64,000 nucleotides of DNA, from positions 1,118,726 to 1,182,725 of the forward strand of contig MU004198.1 in the NCBI GenBank assembly GCA_010093605.1, given 5' to 3'. The translations under genes and the position numbers were made by a program. Under the pieces are notes generated by a model that worked only from the letters and a program-made list of their open reading frames with translations, did no database searches and was not told where the DNA came from. Origin of the DNA: Lophium mytilinum. Its lineage: Eukaryota. Positions 50,638-62,331 of the stretch are shown here, piece by piece (within the stretch, counting starts at the first letter, position 1; every line of letters begins with the position of its first letter).

Positions 50638-53600
50638 CTTATAAAGCTAATAATTAATTAAGATATAGCTATATAGAATATCTAGTTACTAGCTATAGTA
50701 TATATAATATATACTTAGAATACCTTCTATAGCTATACTCCCTACTACCTTATATATAGTAGATATCCTTAAGTACCTAATAATACTTTAGTACTAGTTC
50801 TTAATAAAACTATAGATAAAGAAGCTAAATTAGAGCATTATTTAGCCTATATTAGAAAAGTTTAATACACGTATATACTAGTAGAAGATTAGCTACTAAA
50901 GAAAGTAATTATAGTAGGCCTATAGAATCTATAACCTCTATCTAAGAAGTATCTAGTTACTTAATAGAAGATTAGTTTCTAGGCACTTCTTTAAAATAAG
51001 GTTAAGAGAAAATTTAGAGTAAAATAGTTTAGTCTATTTAAAATTATTACTACTTATCCTCTTAGTATCTATACGCTTTAAACGCCTACTAATTAAGTAT
51101 TAAAGAACCTTATTTATAGTAATAGATTAGTAAATACACGCATTAATACTTATATAAAGTTTTAGAACTAAGAAGACTCTAAATATAGCTTAGAATATTC
51201 TAATAATATATTAGAAGATAACTAAGTACTTTAAAACTAAGAGGATTTTAATAATACTAATAAAGAGCATACTATATATTAAGAAGAAATTAAACCTAGT
51301 AATAATACTATCGCGGATGCATTAAATATAAACAACGCTAATAGAAAGCTATAGTCTAAGTTTACTATAATTTCTAAAGTAGAATAGAATTAAAAGATTA
51401 CTAAATATTAATTAAAATAGTAGTATAAGGGCGCGGAGCTCTTCTAGAAAGGGGAGAAGAATACTTAGAAACCGCCTAAACTAAAGCTATATTAAATACT
51501 AAGAGATTTTAAAAAAAGAGTTCTTAAGAGAGACTAATAGGCTACTAAGAAAAAGAAACCTAAAAAGGGTTAATTAACTATTATACTAGTATAGGTTACT
51601 AGCTTTATAGTTATATAATATAAAGATGTAGGTAAGACTACTATAAATACCTATTAGAAAGTTTATATATATAAGCCGGAAATAAGTTAAAATAAGCTTA
51701 ATATTCTATAGGGAACTAGTAATTATATAGTACCTATAGAATAACCTAATAATGCATTAGTGCTAGCTATAGATACTAATAATAGAGAACTATTAGAAAT
51801 AGCTTAAGATAGTAATAGAATATCTAAGAGTATAAATACTACTATTTAATTACCTAATACTACGCACTAAGATAATAATAAGTATAATAGAGATACTATT
51901 ATTATATAGCTAAGGGGTAATGCTATTATTTAAACTAATAATACTATAGAGCTATAGAATAAAGGAATTAACTTAAGAGCTAAGAATACTAAAATGCGCA
52001 TAAATAATAAGTCCTTAAATAAGAATGCTAACTCTAATATTTAATTAGAGAGCTCCTCTAGTAGTAATACTAGTATAATAGATATTAAAGATAATAAAAA
52101 TACTAGTAGTAATTATAAGTTAGATTTAGATAGTAATTTTAATGCATCTATAATATAACCTACTTAAGCTCTTAATATAGAGTTGCGCGGAAGAAAGTAT
52201 AAAAAAGCTTAAATAGCGCTTCTATTCTAAGCTAATAGAGTATTAGAAGAACTCTATATATTTATTACCTAGATTTTCTTTATTAATTTAGATTTAAGCG
52301 TTTAATTCTTTATTATTACTTATTTAGCTATATTTTATCTTTAGAGAATTAAAAAGATAATAAATTTAAGAACCTATATTAAAGATTAACTAAGCTAAGC
52401 TTATACTTCTATTATACTTAACCCTTTTTATATCTAGAAGGGGAGAGAAAATTAACACTTTTCTATTAATACTAGCTAAGCTAATATACTCTTAGTCCTT
52501 CTAGATAGCTATTCTACTACTAGAACTTCTTCTACTAGAACTTCTATAGCTACTACTACTACTAGAATAGCTATTATTATTCTTCTAAGGCTATTTTAAA
52601 GGCGCGCTCTAAGTTAATATATTTTAGCTATACTTACTAGCTCTATTCTTTTAGAAAATAGTATTTAGAGAGCCTATTTAATACTAAGTAGAGTTTAAAG
52701 AGGTCTCTCTAGTAAAGTTATTATTATTACTAATAGATAACTAGAATAAGCGGCAGCTTAATAGTATATTAGAAGTAGGCTCTTAGAAGCACTATAAAGA
52801 ACCTAAAGAAGAATAATAAAAGATTAAAAAAGTTAAAGAAGTTAAAGGCTAAGTAGAAGAGGTTAGAGAGTATTACCTTAGATCTTAAGTACTAGAACCT
52901 AAAGTAGCTATATTTTCTAAATCTAATATAGCTGCGGATAATTACTAAAAGCTAGATCTTAAACTAGAAGCCTAAGTAGAGGTACTACTAGAGCCCTATA
53001 GATAATATTAAGCTATTAAAGATTTAAAAGTATAAGAAATACCTAGATTATATAGTAGTATAGTAGTCTTTCTTTAAATTAATTCTATTAGTAGCTATAT
53101 AGCTAAGGCTAAGTATACTATATTTTTAGCTAGGTTCTTAAGAGATTCTTAGTTATAAAGAGAAGATATAAACTTAGTAATATTATAGTAACCTTATTAA
53201 ATATAAGCTCTAGTAGTCTTTTAATAAGCTATTAAAGTCTACCCTTTTATAATAGGTATTAGCTAAGTTTTAAGATACTCTAAAAGTAAGGCTAAACTTA
53301 CTTTAGAATAAATAAGTTCTCTTACTACTCTACTAATAATATTCTATATAGAATTCTTAGTAGAAAGGAGAACTATTTAGATTATAAGCCTAAATATATT
53401 TACTAAACTAATAGTCTTCTAAGAATATTCTTAAGTAGTAGTTGCAGGCCCTAAAGGTAGAAGAAGCCCTAGAATTCTTACTATAATCTACTCTTAAGCC
53501 TAAATATTATTTAAGAAGGCCTATAAAGTATAAAGTATAGCTATAGTTTTTATTTAAAATTAGTTTATTATTTCTAATATTACTAAGAAACTCTTAAAGT

Positions 53601-54761
53601 AGTATATTTCTCTAAGCTCTACTACTACCTTTAAACTTTAGAGAGTATTTAGCATAGTTTAAATAATTAGAAGCTATAGTATAGTATTAGAAGGCTTAAG
53701 AAAGTAGAATAAAGTTATTAAAGGCTATTAGCTATATATAGTATAGATTATAGAACCTCTAGACTATTAAGAGGTTAATAATTAATATAAGTATAATAGT
53801 AACTAGATCTTATTAGCTTTATTAAGAGAAAGAGCTAAACTATTATTAAAAACTTACTATAGGCCTATAAGGCTTTATAAGCTAAGATACCTAAGAATTT
53901 ATAAGAGCGCGGAACCTTATAACTATAACTAGGGTCTAAAGAATTATTACCTCTATTTCTACCTCTTTCTAAATAAAGTAAGCTAGAGGCTATAGAACCC
54001 GGCTAGGTATTAAGTAATATTATAATACTAACTTAGAGTAAAAAGAAGTAGCCTAGAAGCTAAGAGAGAGAAAGTCCTAATAAAAGAATTAATAAAGAAA
54101 GATAATAGTAATAAGAAGAGAAGCTATAAGAGTCTTTAATAAACCTTTAAAGATAAGAGAAGCTTAAATCTTAAAGGAAAAAGTTAAGTATAGAAGAAAA
54201 AGTATAAAAGCATTAAGAAGGCCTTATATATACTCTAGATTCTTAAATCTATTACTTCTAGATTACTACTTACTGCTCTATAATATACTAATAGCTTTTT
54301 AAACCTATATAATATTATAAGCTTCTTACTAGATTATAAGAAACTTTATAAGATTTCTAATAAGCCTATTATTAGCTATTATAGCTTTAATTACACATTA
54401 GAACCTAATACGCGCTAGTATACTAATATTTATATTATCTTATAATTCCCTCTATTATAAATACTTTATAATCTCTTCTAATTCTTTCTTACTATTAAGC
54501 TATTAAATATTCTAATACCTCTATTATTTCCTACTAATATAGTAGTAGACCTCTAAAGAATTCTAAACCCCTCTTAGGTAATATTACTATAATATTACTA
54601 TCTACTAATATACCTTTTATAGTATTATATGCCCTTAAAAGCTTTAAAGCTTCTAAAGAAGCTAATAGCCTAATATACTAATAATATATAGTATAAAGTA
54701 GTAAGTATAATATACTATTATAAATATAATTTAATAGTAAATTAGATTTAGAAGGAGAGAA

Positions 54762-54966
54762 TATAGAATTCTTAATATATAGTTAATATTTAGATATTAT
54801 ATATATAATATATAGATCTACTATAGAAACGCTTTTCTATATAGATTTAGTATAATTAAGGCCTATATAGGCCTCTCTAATATATATATAGCCTAGCTAG
54901 ATTTCTATATAGAATTAATATCTATTATTCTCTAAATTCTTATATTATGTAATTGGAAATATTATA
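54762..54966 (+). repeat. 3' LTR of the outer element
   Basis: Colinear with 37571-37775. Confidence 0.92.
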
Positions 54967-55731
54967 TAGGCGATGCAAATAAATGCCGATGAGTAGCAGA
55001 ACGAGCATGAAGACCGGAAGCCATATCCAGTTGATGTAGAGCAAAACAGAATGAGCCGTGGGACCCATCCCGTTCCAAAACATAGCAGGAGTTTTGTCGT
55101 CCAGGGCTTTGATCTGTATTGAAGCTGCCGAAGCCATGGCCTGGGATAGCAATGGAATTACGAGGCCGCCACTCAACGTCCAAAACTTGATTTTGCGCCT
55201 CTCATGAAAGTATATCCCAAAGATGAGCGATTGTAGAAGTGTATGCATACTTCCCTGCCACACTATGGTCATTGCCGCACCGTACTGGGCCATGATCTCG
55301 TCCGCAGCCTGGTTTTCTAAGCGTACAGCATGCCGTACTTGCTGGATTCGACGTATGAGGTCAAGAGCAGCGTAGTTGGTGGCAATAACGAAGCCGAGAG
55401 TATTAGAATCCAGTTTGGACCGCTTTTCCGTGAACACACGGTACCAGGAGCCAACTACCCAAAGCATCCAAGCCGCCCACGCCCCTGGTCCATAGAAACC
55501 GCTGACTTTGGAAACCCCTAGTGGGTCGGGTGGTGCTGACGATATATATAAGTAGACTGGTAGATTTGTGGGCGTCCCGGTGGATGATGAAGATGAGGTT
55601 CCTGTTGAAGTGGCCTGACGCTCCGCGCTTGCCACAGGATCTGGGGCCGGAAACAACTCTATCAAGAGGATGGAGAATGTGAGGGCAAGCAGAAGCAAAC
55701 TGATAGAATAAGATCTCTCGAGAAGAGTCAT
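54967..55731 (-). pseudogene. SGFYGPG family copy B, 5' half
   Basis: ATG at 55731, hydrophobic leader MTLLERSYSISLLLLALTFSILLIELF, then PPDPLGVSKVSGFYGPGAWAAW. The frame runs into the LTR after ...IYLHRL. Confidence 0.85.
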
Positions 55732-56378
55732 TTGGTCTAAGATTATAGAATTCAGACGATGGAGAGAAGCAGGTTGGAAGAGGAAGTCCGCGGGGGACGA
55801 TGCAGCTGAGTGTGGCTGTGATATCAACCCCTGCACCAACAGGACCACCAGATACACCAACGACTACTGTGGTATCCGGCGTATCTTTTGTATGTGGGGA
55901 CGAAGGCAGCGTCAACCACAGGGGATTAAAACCCTGACCGAAACAAGGGTTCTCACCAATCGACTCTTCAGCATTTACCGCATCTTCCCACGTCTGGTGA
56001 CCTAGCGTCAAAATCAAGCCACAGAATTACCGCATGGGGTAACAATCCCGGACACCTTTAGGTGCCAATTCCAAACCTCTTTCGCTAACCTTTGGATTGA
56101 AGCTGCAGTGTATCTTCAAATTCTATATCTGTGCGATATTTTTTCACTTCAGGCAAACAAGTTTCCCCTAAAGATGTCCTCTCTCATGTCAATTTGTGGC
56201 GTCAGGTTCCATGACCACGTATTCTGCAAGCCAAAAGCGTAGTCTAGCCGCGCCGAATCCCGCACGTAACTTCAGCCCTCAGCCTTCCTCTGAAATCTTG
56301 AAACGCAAGCAAAGAAACCTAGAATACATCTCTTCCCTTCCTCAAACTTCAATCTCAAGAGTCAATATTCACGTCAAC

Positions 56379-57710
56379 ATGTTAACATCATCACTTCTCT
56401 TCCTTTTCATTACATCAGCCTCTCTCGCAGAGCCATTAAGCCCACATCCTACGATATCAAAGCCGTCTCTTCAAGCTCCGACCCCAAGCTCAACCATCAA
56501 CACACTCGCGTCGTCTCCAACATCAAGCTTATTCTACATGCAACTGCCAATCCACCCCACACCACCAGACCCGCTAGGCATCGCTCAAGTCAGCGGCTTC
56601 TATGGCCCCGGCGCATGGGCCGCCTTCATCCTCTGAATCCTAGGCTCCTGGTACCGCCTCTCCGCAAACCGCAACAACCTCGTTGAACGCAAAAAAATCG
56701 ATGCCAATGCAGGCGCATTTCTCCTCGCAACCAACTGCGCAGCCATCGACCTCCTGCGCCGCGTTCCCTCCTGCTTAGAATCATCGCAAGTCGACCCCAG
56801 CGCTGTAGACGGTGAGAAAGAGATGGGCAGCTTCGGAGCAGCCATCATCATCGTGTGGGTCGGCACCGCGAACTCATGGGCCCAAAGCTGGATGATGCTG
56901 GAGTGGGAGATGTTGGCCGAGTTTGTAGAGGACGTTCACTCGTTCAGAGCGTTAACTCTTATCGTTGGTCAATTCTTACCGTCAGTAGCCCTGGCAACGG
57001 TGTCCTTAATCTCTTGGGTCCTACTCGGGGGTGGTCTCGATAGAATACCGGCGATATACTGGCAGGGGTCGTCCGCGGAGGTGCAGTGGGTGTTCTCCCA
57101 AACCGCGCTCTCGCCCGGTGTGCTGATGTACGGCGCGTACTGGTTCTGCCTTGTCTACGCCTTGTGCACGTGTTTTTCTAAACCGGTGAGGTTTCGCGCA
57201 GGAAGAGTTTCCGGGCTGTTTGTTTTGATTATCGTGGTCCTCGGCCCTCCGTTACTTTTCTTCTTCGTGGCAAGATCGTATTCGCTTTCGTATCTCAGGA
57301 TATGTTTTCTTCCCGTTGCCATTGTGCTCACTTCTACTTTATGTATGGTGTTACCCTGCTACGTCCTACTTTACGTTCTAAAGCAATTTTCGAGCTTTGT
57401 TTTCACACGGGGCCACACGTTTGATGAGGCATGTTTTTTCATGCCTTGCGCGCCGCAGTCTTTGCTAGAGATGGACCAGGTTTTCGATCTTGTTGTCGGA
57501 GTTTTCTTGCTTGTAATCACTGAAGTCGCGCCATCAATTCTGGAAAGGCGACGCGAAAAACGCAAGTTCAAAGAGGAAGTTGAGAAGCGGATCGAGGCTG
57601 CTATAAAGGAAAGAACAAGCTCCAACATTGGAACGACGCATACCAGTCATACGGACGTAGATAGTATCAGTCGGAGGACCAATTCGGGAATGACCAGACA
57701 GATAGTCTAG
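56379..57710 (+). pseudogene. SGFYGPG family copy C with a single premature stop (TGA 56634-56636)
   Basis: Signal peptide MLTSSLLFLFITSASLA; PPDPLGIAQVSGFYGPGAWAAFIL*ILGSWYRL, where the stop replaces a Trp found in copies A and B. The same frame continues through ORF 56823-57710 with CFFMPCAPQSLLEMDQVF. Confidence 0.85.
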
Positions 57711-58363
57711 ATTACAATCAATCAATCTATCAGGGCCAAAAAGAGGAAGTTACTTCGAACTCCTCTGATAAGAAATTAAGCAGTATCTACTGTGCGGCCA
57801 CCATCCTCTCTCTCTTTTGTTCTCGTCCATACCAGTTTCCCCCCTTGCCACACACCATCACCTCCCACCATCTCTTGATCTACCCTCGCGCTCTCGTCCT
57901 TCCCTCTACTTGGCTATCCTCCATCTTCCATTGCATATCTCAATCCCAACCCTACCTTTATTCCAATATCCCCGCTCAACTCCACACATCGCCAACCCAA
58001 AACTACGCGAGACCACAATTGCAGTCACAGCGCAAAAAGATACAAAACCGCCTGCTACGAACAAGGGATTTTCAGTCCTTGAAATCCTTGATAATCCTAG
58101 AAGCCTAGAAACCTAGAAACCTAGAGAAAGGTAGCTTCGAAGAAGCACCTGAACTGCGACACTGAGTAAATGTCGCAATTCCCCCCGAAGGGGACTCGGT
58201 GGGCCGAATAATTAGGTATGCATAGGTGAGGTGGAGTCGGCAGGTTGGAAATTAGTTCGCACGAAGGCTCTGAATCGAAATACTTCCCAACAGCGTACAC
58301 GAGGAACGTATCCGAGGTATGAGATTACCATGGCTAGTTACCCCGCGTGGTGTTCTATTACGC

Positions 58364-59609
58364 CTACCCAGTCTTCCGATCAACCGGCCACTCCTCCTCT
58401 CTAGAGCTCCTCCCAGCTTCATCTCCTGCCTCCCGTCCCACCTCCCCTCCACCCCCTCTATCCCCATCCTCAACCCCCCCCCCCTCCACCTCCGCAAGCC
58501 CCCCTCTCCCCCCCTCCGCCTTCCTCTCCCCAGCCCCCATCTCCACCGCCCCCGTCTCCGCACTCATCTCAAACACCGGCACGCCCCCAATCTCCCTCCT
58601 CTCGCCTCCCTGCTTCCCTCTTATCCACGCCAAAAAACCTCCGGAGCCTTCAAACTCTTCCCGGGCACCCCCGGAATCGATCTCCACCGGCGACGCCATC
58701 CGCCTGCGCCCTTTCCGCGAGCGGCGGCGGAGAAACACGAGGAGGGCGAGGAGAGCGAGGACGACGGCGCCGCCGACGCTGGCGCCGGCCGCGATGGCGG
58801 GGGTGTTTGTGTGGTGGGAGGTGCTAGGGGAGGAGGGGGTGGTCGAGGAGGGGGAGCTGGCGGAGATGGTGGTGGTTATGATGGTGCCGGAGAGGGTGAT
58901 TGTGGTGAGGATGGGGGTGGGGGAGGAGGTTGAGGGGTTTGGCGTTGTGTGGATGGACCCTGTGGGGTTTGAAGCCGCGGAGTTGGTGCTCGCGGGATTC
59001 GAGGCTGGAGAGGTAGGGTTTGAATCGGAGGATTGTGTTGAAGCCAGGGGGGTTGACGCAGCGGATGCTCTCAAGGGAGCAGAGAACACCTGTGTTTGCT
59101 GGATCGTCGCCGTTGACTTGATGTTTGGATCACCGCCCTGCATCGCCGTGGTGTAGATCGAGGGATCGCCTAGGGTCAAGAAGGTGGTGTCTGGGTTGTC
59201 GCAGCAGTCTTGCGAGCTGCAGCAGTATTTGCCATTGCCGCAGTAAGTCACAGATTCATCGCCGGTTGTGTATTCTAGCATCGTTAGCGACTGGATTTTA
59301 GAACATCTGGAATTTTTTGTATGTACCTGACTTGCAGAAACTGGGGCAGTTTCCCCATCCTTTATCGTTGCAACCGCCTCGTTGCAGTCGCAAAGGATTC
59401 GTGTATCGAGGGTCTTGGCAAAGGCCGTTGCTGAGGCAGTAGAAACCCTCGGAGCAGCAAACGGAGTCGTTGTTGGGATCACACGGAAGGTCGGACGAGG
59501 TGCTACCGTCCGGATTGAAACATGTCGACTCGATCAACGTTGAATTTAGAAGTAAGAAGAGAAGAAAAGACGAGACGACTGCCGTCGCAGAGCTCCGGGC
59601 ACGCAACAT
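58364..59609 (-). CDS. Single-pass cell-surface protein: signal peptide, Cys-rich domain, Ser/Thr stalk, TM helix, cytoplasmic tail (Mid2/Wsc-like architecture); intron 59326-59275
   Basis: TCFNPDG..PCDP..VCCSEGFYCLSNGLC..RGGCNDKGWGNCPSFCKS|EYTTG..YCGNGKYCC..CC, then an S/T/P stalk and AIAAGASVGGAVVLALLALLVFL-RRR. Intron GTACAT..CTAAC..TAG. Confidence 0.85.
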
Positions 59610-60538
59610 CGCAGGAGAGAAAGTCTCCCTAGCATCTTCGCGGTCGCGCAACTACCTATGTATAACCGGTTAAACCGAGGGGTACCTTGTGGGCCGAACC
59701 GTACGTGGGAACATGCGAGATGAAGATCCAATAACTTCATGCGGGTAGGGTTCAAGGATAGCGCAGGCCAGTCAGAGGCGCGAGCTTGAGCAAAGTTCTT
59801 GATTCAGGTCACTAACAGCGACCAAAGGAGAGTGGTGCGCTGGTGATCCCATGTAACTACTGTGCATATAGCTTAGTGACGTTACGATCTCCTCTCAATT
59901 CATATAAAGGTAGGCGACGACCGTCAGCGCGATAAATAAGGCCGCAGGGGGGCCTATCGCATTTGTCAATGGGTGGATAGTGGACATGCAAATTAACGAT
60001 GAAATTTCGCCGCATCTCCACAGAATCGCCTAGCCAGAGGCGTGGAAAACCGTTCACGACGCTTGAAACATGAGGCTGAAACGTAGACCGAGTAAGACGG
60101 GACGATAAGCGAAGCTAGGCGTTATTGCGCACACAGCTGCCGATGATATTTGCCGTCAATATCATCTGACTTGTGCGGGTATGAACAAATATGTTTCTTT
60201 TTAGGGCAGACCCGAATTCGTGTTGGTATTTGAGTAACGCCCTGGCCCTGTTTGGAATTCCTCACAAGTAGCATGTCGTCAGCGTGTACACCTGATTCCA
60301 GACTCAAGCCTCGAAGTGCGGGCCCGTCCCGCGTCCCGTCCCGCAGATCGAGTAGCGTAGGGGAAACTGTAGGTAGTACTTGAATCATGTCGTGCATTGC
60401 ATTGGTGCATAGCATTGAATAGGATACGGTCGCAAGAGCGCTTGCGAAGAGGTTCGAAGCCTAAAGTCGTGACTGCTTTTCAAGCATTCTCCGACATGTT
60501 GTATTGGGATGTGTAATCAGGAAATGAGAGAAGATCTT

Positions 60539-61825
60539 TCAATTTTGGCCCACGGCATTCGTTCGCTGACCCATTTCCAGCTCAATCTTCTGCCTCATCT
60601 CCTCCTCGAAAGCGCGTTGCTCCTCTTTCTTGCGCTCCCAACGACGTATAACATTAGGTCCAATCTCCGTCCCAATCAGAAGTGATACGGCCACGAACAG
60701 ACTAAAAGCTTGATCCCAATCGGTAATGGGTTGCGGCGCGCAAGGCATAAAGAAGCATGACCGCGAATGGTCACCGACAAGAAGCTGTATAAGACTCAAC
60801 AGCGGCAACAAGAAGAGCGCAAGACATTGTAAGAAGAGGAAGTACTGCAGGACCAGGAAGGGAGAGCCCATGAAGATGATCCAGACTTTGTCCTCGTCGA
60901 CAAATATCATAACAAGAAGCACAAGCATAGAGAGCGTTGACCACATAAGGAGAGCAGTGGTGAAGAATGATCCCAGCCTTTTGTATGGTTGGTATGCTTC
61001 CTTGAACTTGATCTTGGTGCGTTCAGAGGCGTTATTCCACCACATTTGGAGGTATACACCGGCTCCAACAAACAGGGCCCACGGTCCTATAAGACACGCG
61101 TGAAGGACTCTGTCTCCGTGGTTTTTGAATTCTTCTGCCGTCAGATCTGATCCGGAGTACAGCCCATAGAGTGCCGGAATGTTCGACCAAACCGAATCCG
61201 GAAGTGCGGTATCGTTGAAGAACCCAAAGGTAAAGAGCATAAAAGACAGCGTAGTCAATGGAAGGACCATGCCGCTGACCAGAGTCAGCACTCTTCCTTC
61301 CCGCACTTTGCGAGGTCGTTTCGAACCTTCGTCGATGAGCTGAATGCCGCAGATCTGCATGATTTCATGCATGACGCCCCAGAAGACGATGGTGAAGGCG
61401 GCACCGATGGATCCGAGGTGCTTGTCGCTGGAATCGTCTCCCGAGTTTTTGAGGACTTTGAGCGAGTGGACATGCCTAATGAGATCAACTGCAGCCCAGT
61501 TGATTGCTAATATGAAGACCCAAGTGTTGGGGTCTAGTACATGGCGCCGATCAACCACAAGGCGGTACCAGGATGCCGCTCCCGTGACAACCCATGCTCC
61601 CCAGGTTCCTGGACCATAGAATCCGCTGACTTGCGAGATACCAAAGACATCAGGCGGTGAGGACGAGATTGGAAGGGATTTTGGAATCGCTGGAGGTAGA
61701 GGTATTGGAGATTTGCTTGGTGCTGGGGATGTAGAGGAAGAAGCACGAGGGATGGCACTGGCTGTCACGCTAATGGGTTGACCAAAGACAAGAACGAAAC
61801 ATAACAAGATACAAGATGAACGCAT
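60539..61825 (-). CDS. SGFYGPG family copy D, intact (428 aa) multi-pass membrane protein
   Basis: Signal peptide MRSSCILLCFVLVFGQPISVTA, S/P-rich linker, PPDVFGISQVSGFYGPGTWGAW, several hydrophobic helices, CFFMPCAPQPITDWDQAF and a charged tail. No lesions seen. Confidence 0.85.
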   Translation of the reverse strand: MRSSCILLCFVLVFGQPISVTASAIPRASSSTSPAPSKSPIPLPPAIPKSLPISSSPPDVFGISQVSGFYGPGTWGAWVVTGAASWYRLVVDRRHVLDPNTWVFILAINWAAVDLIRHVHSLKVLKNSGDDSSDKHLGSIGAAFTIVFWGVMHEIMQICGIQLIDEGSKRPRKVREGRVLTLVSGMVLPLTTLSFMLFTFGFFNDTALPDSVWSNIPALYGLYSGSDLTAEEFKNHGDRVLHACLIGPWALFVGAGVYLQMWWNNASERTKIKFKEAYQPYKRLGSFFTTALLMWSTLSMLVLLVMIFVDEDKVWIIFMGSPFLVLQYFLFLQCLALFLLPLLSLIQLLVGDHSRSCFFMPCAPQPITDWDQAFSLFVAVSLLIGTEIGPNVIRRWERKKEEQRAFEEEMRQKIELEMGQRTNAVGQN

Positions 61826-62331
61826 GGGAGCTATGAGAAGGCATGGGCATAAGGTGCTCCCGGGTGTTGTGCAAAGAGGGTGCCTTGTACCTGCAATTTT
61901 GTAGAAGACGTGGAAGCTCAGCCACAATCAATCTCTGTCCTCTAGTATCCGATGGAGTTAGCTGCCCGACAAGCTAGAAATTATTCCTTGAAGAGAGGAT
62001 GACCACATTGTTGTGGTCAAAGGATTAAAGTGCGTTACGATGGTTGAGGAGATGGTGGAGGAAGGGAGACATTGATGAGAGATCGGACGCGGACGATAGT
62101 CTTGGCATAGCCACGTGATATCCATTTCAGCCAACAGCAAGTTCAGCTCGAATACACATTCAGATGACGATGTTAGAATCAGCAGTTTCTGTATCTGGAT
62201 AGAGTGTCATGTCTGAACAATTCAGTAGGCCGATGTGACGGTACCTTGCACAAACTACGTCATTCGCTGGACCCTTTTTATAGCTGTCATTGAACGTCCA
62301 TGCTTTCTTCAACAACATTCCAAACATCAAG

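Larger units (their letters stand above)
37571..54966 (+). mobile_element. RIP-degenerated Ty3/gypsy LTR retrotransposon (outer element)
   Basis: 205-bp LTRs at both ends; TAGG duplicated at 37567-37570 and 54967-54970; purine tract AGAAGGAGAGAA before the 3' LTR. Motifs after mentally reversing RIP changes: gag CCHC ~47765-47808, RT (C)IDYRVLN ~48910, MPFGLCN ~49120, YIDD ~49210, integrase KWFGPF ~51020. Strong TpA excess. Confidence 0.9.

Noticed and set aside
37571..54966. AT-rich block as centromere, organellar insertion or foreign DNA
   Set aside because: Fully explained by two RIP-mutated gypsy elements with LTRs, TSDs and RT motifs.
56634..56636. TGA as selenocysteine or an alternative genetic code
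   Set aside because: The position aligns to Trp, other genes here terminate at TGA, and no supporting structure was seen.
58097..58126. CCTAGAA(A/G) four-fold short tandem repeat
   Set aside because: Short intergenic microsatellite-like repeat with no evident function.
58319..59156. Plus-strand ORFs of 204 and 269 aa
   Set aside because: Antisense to the Cys-rich single-pass membrane protein gene.
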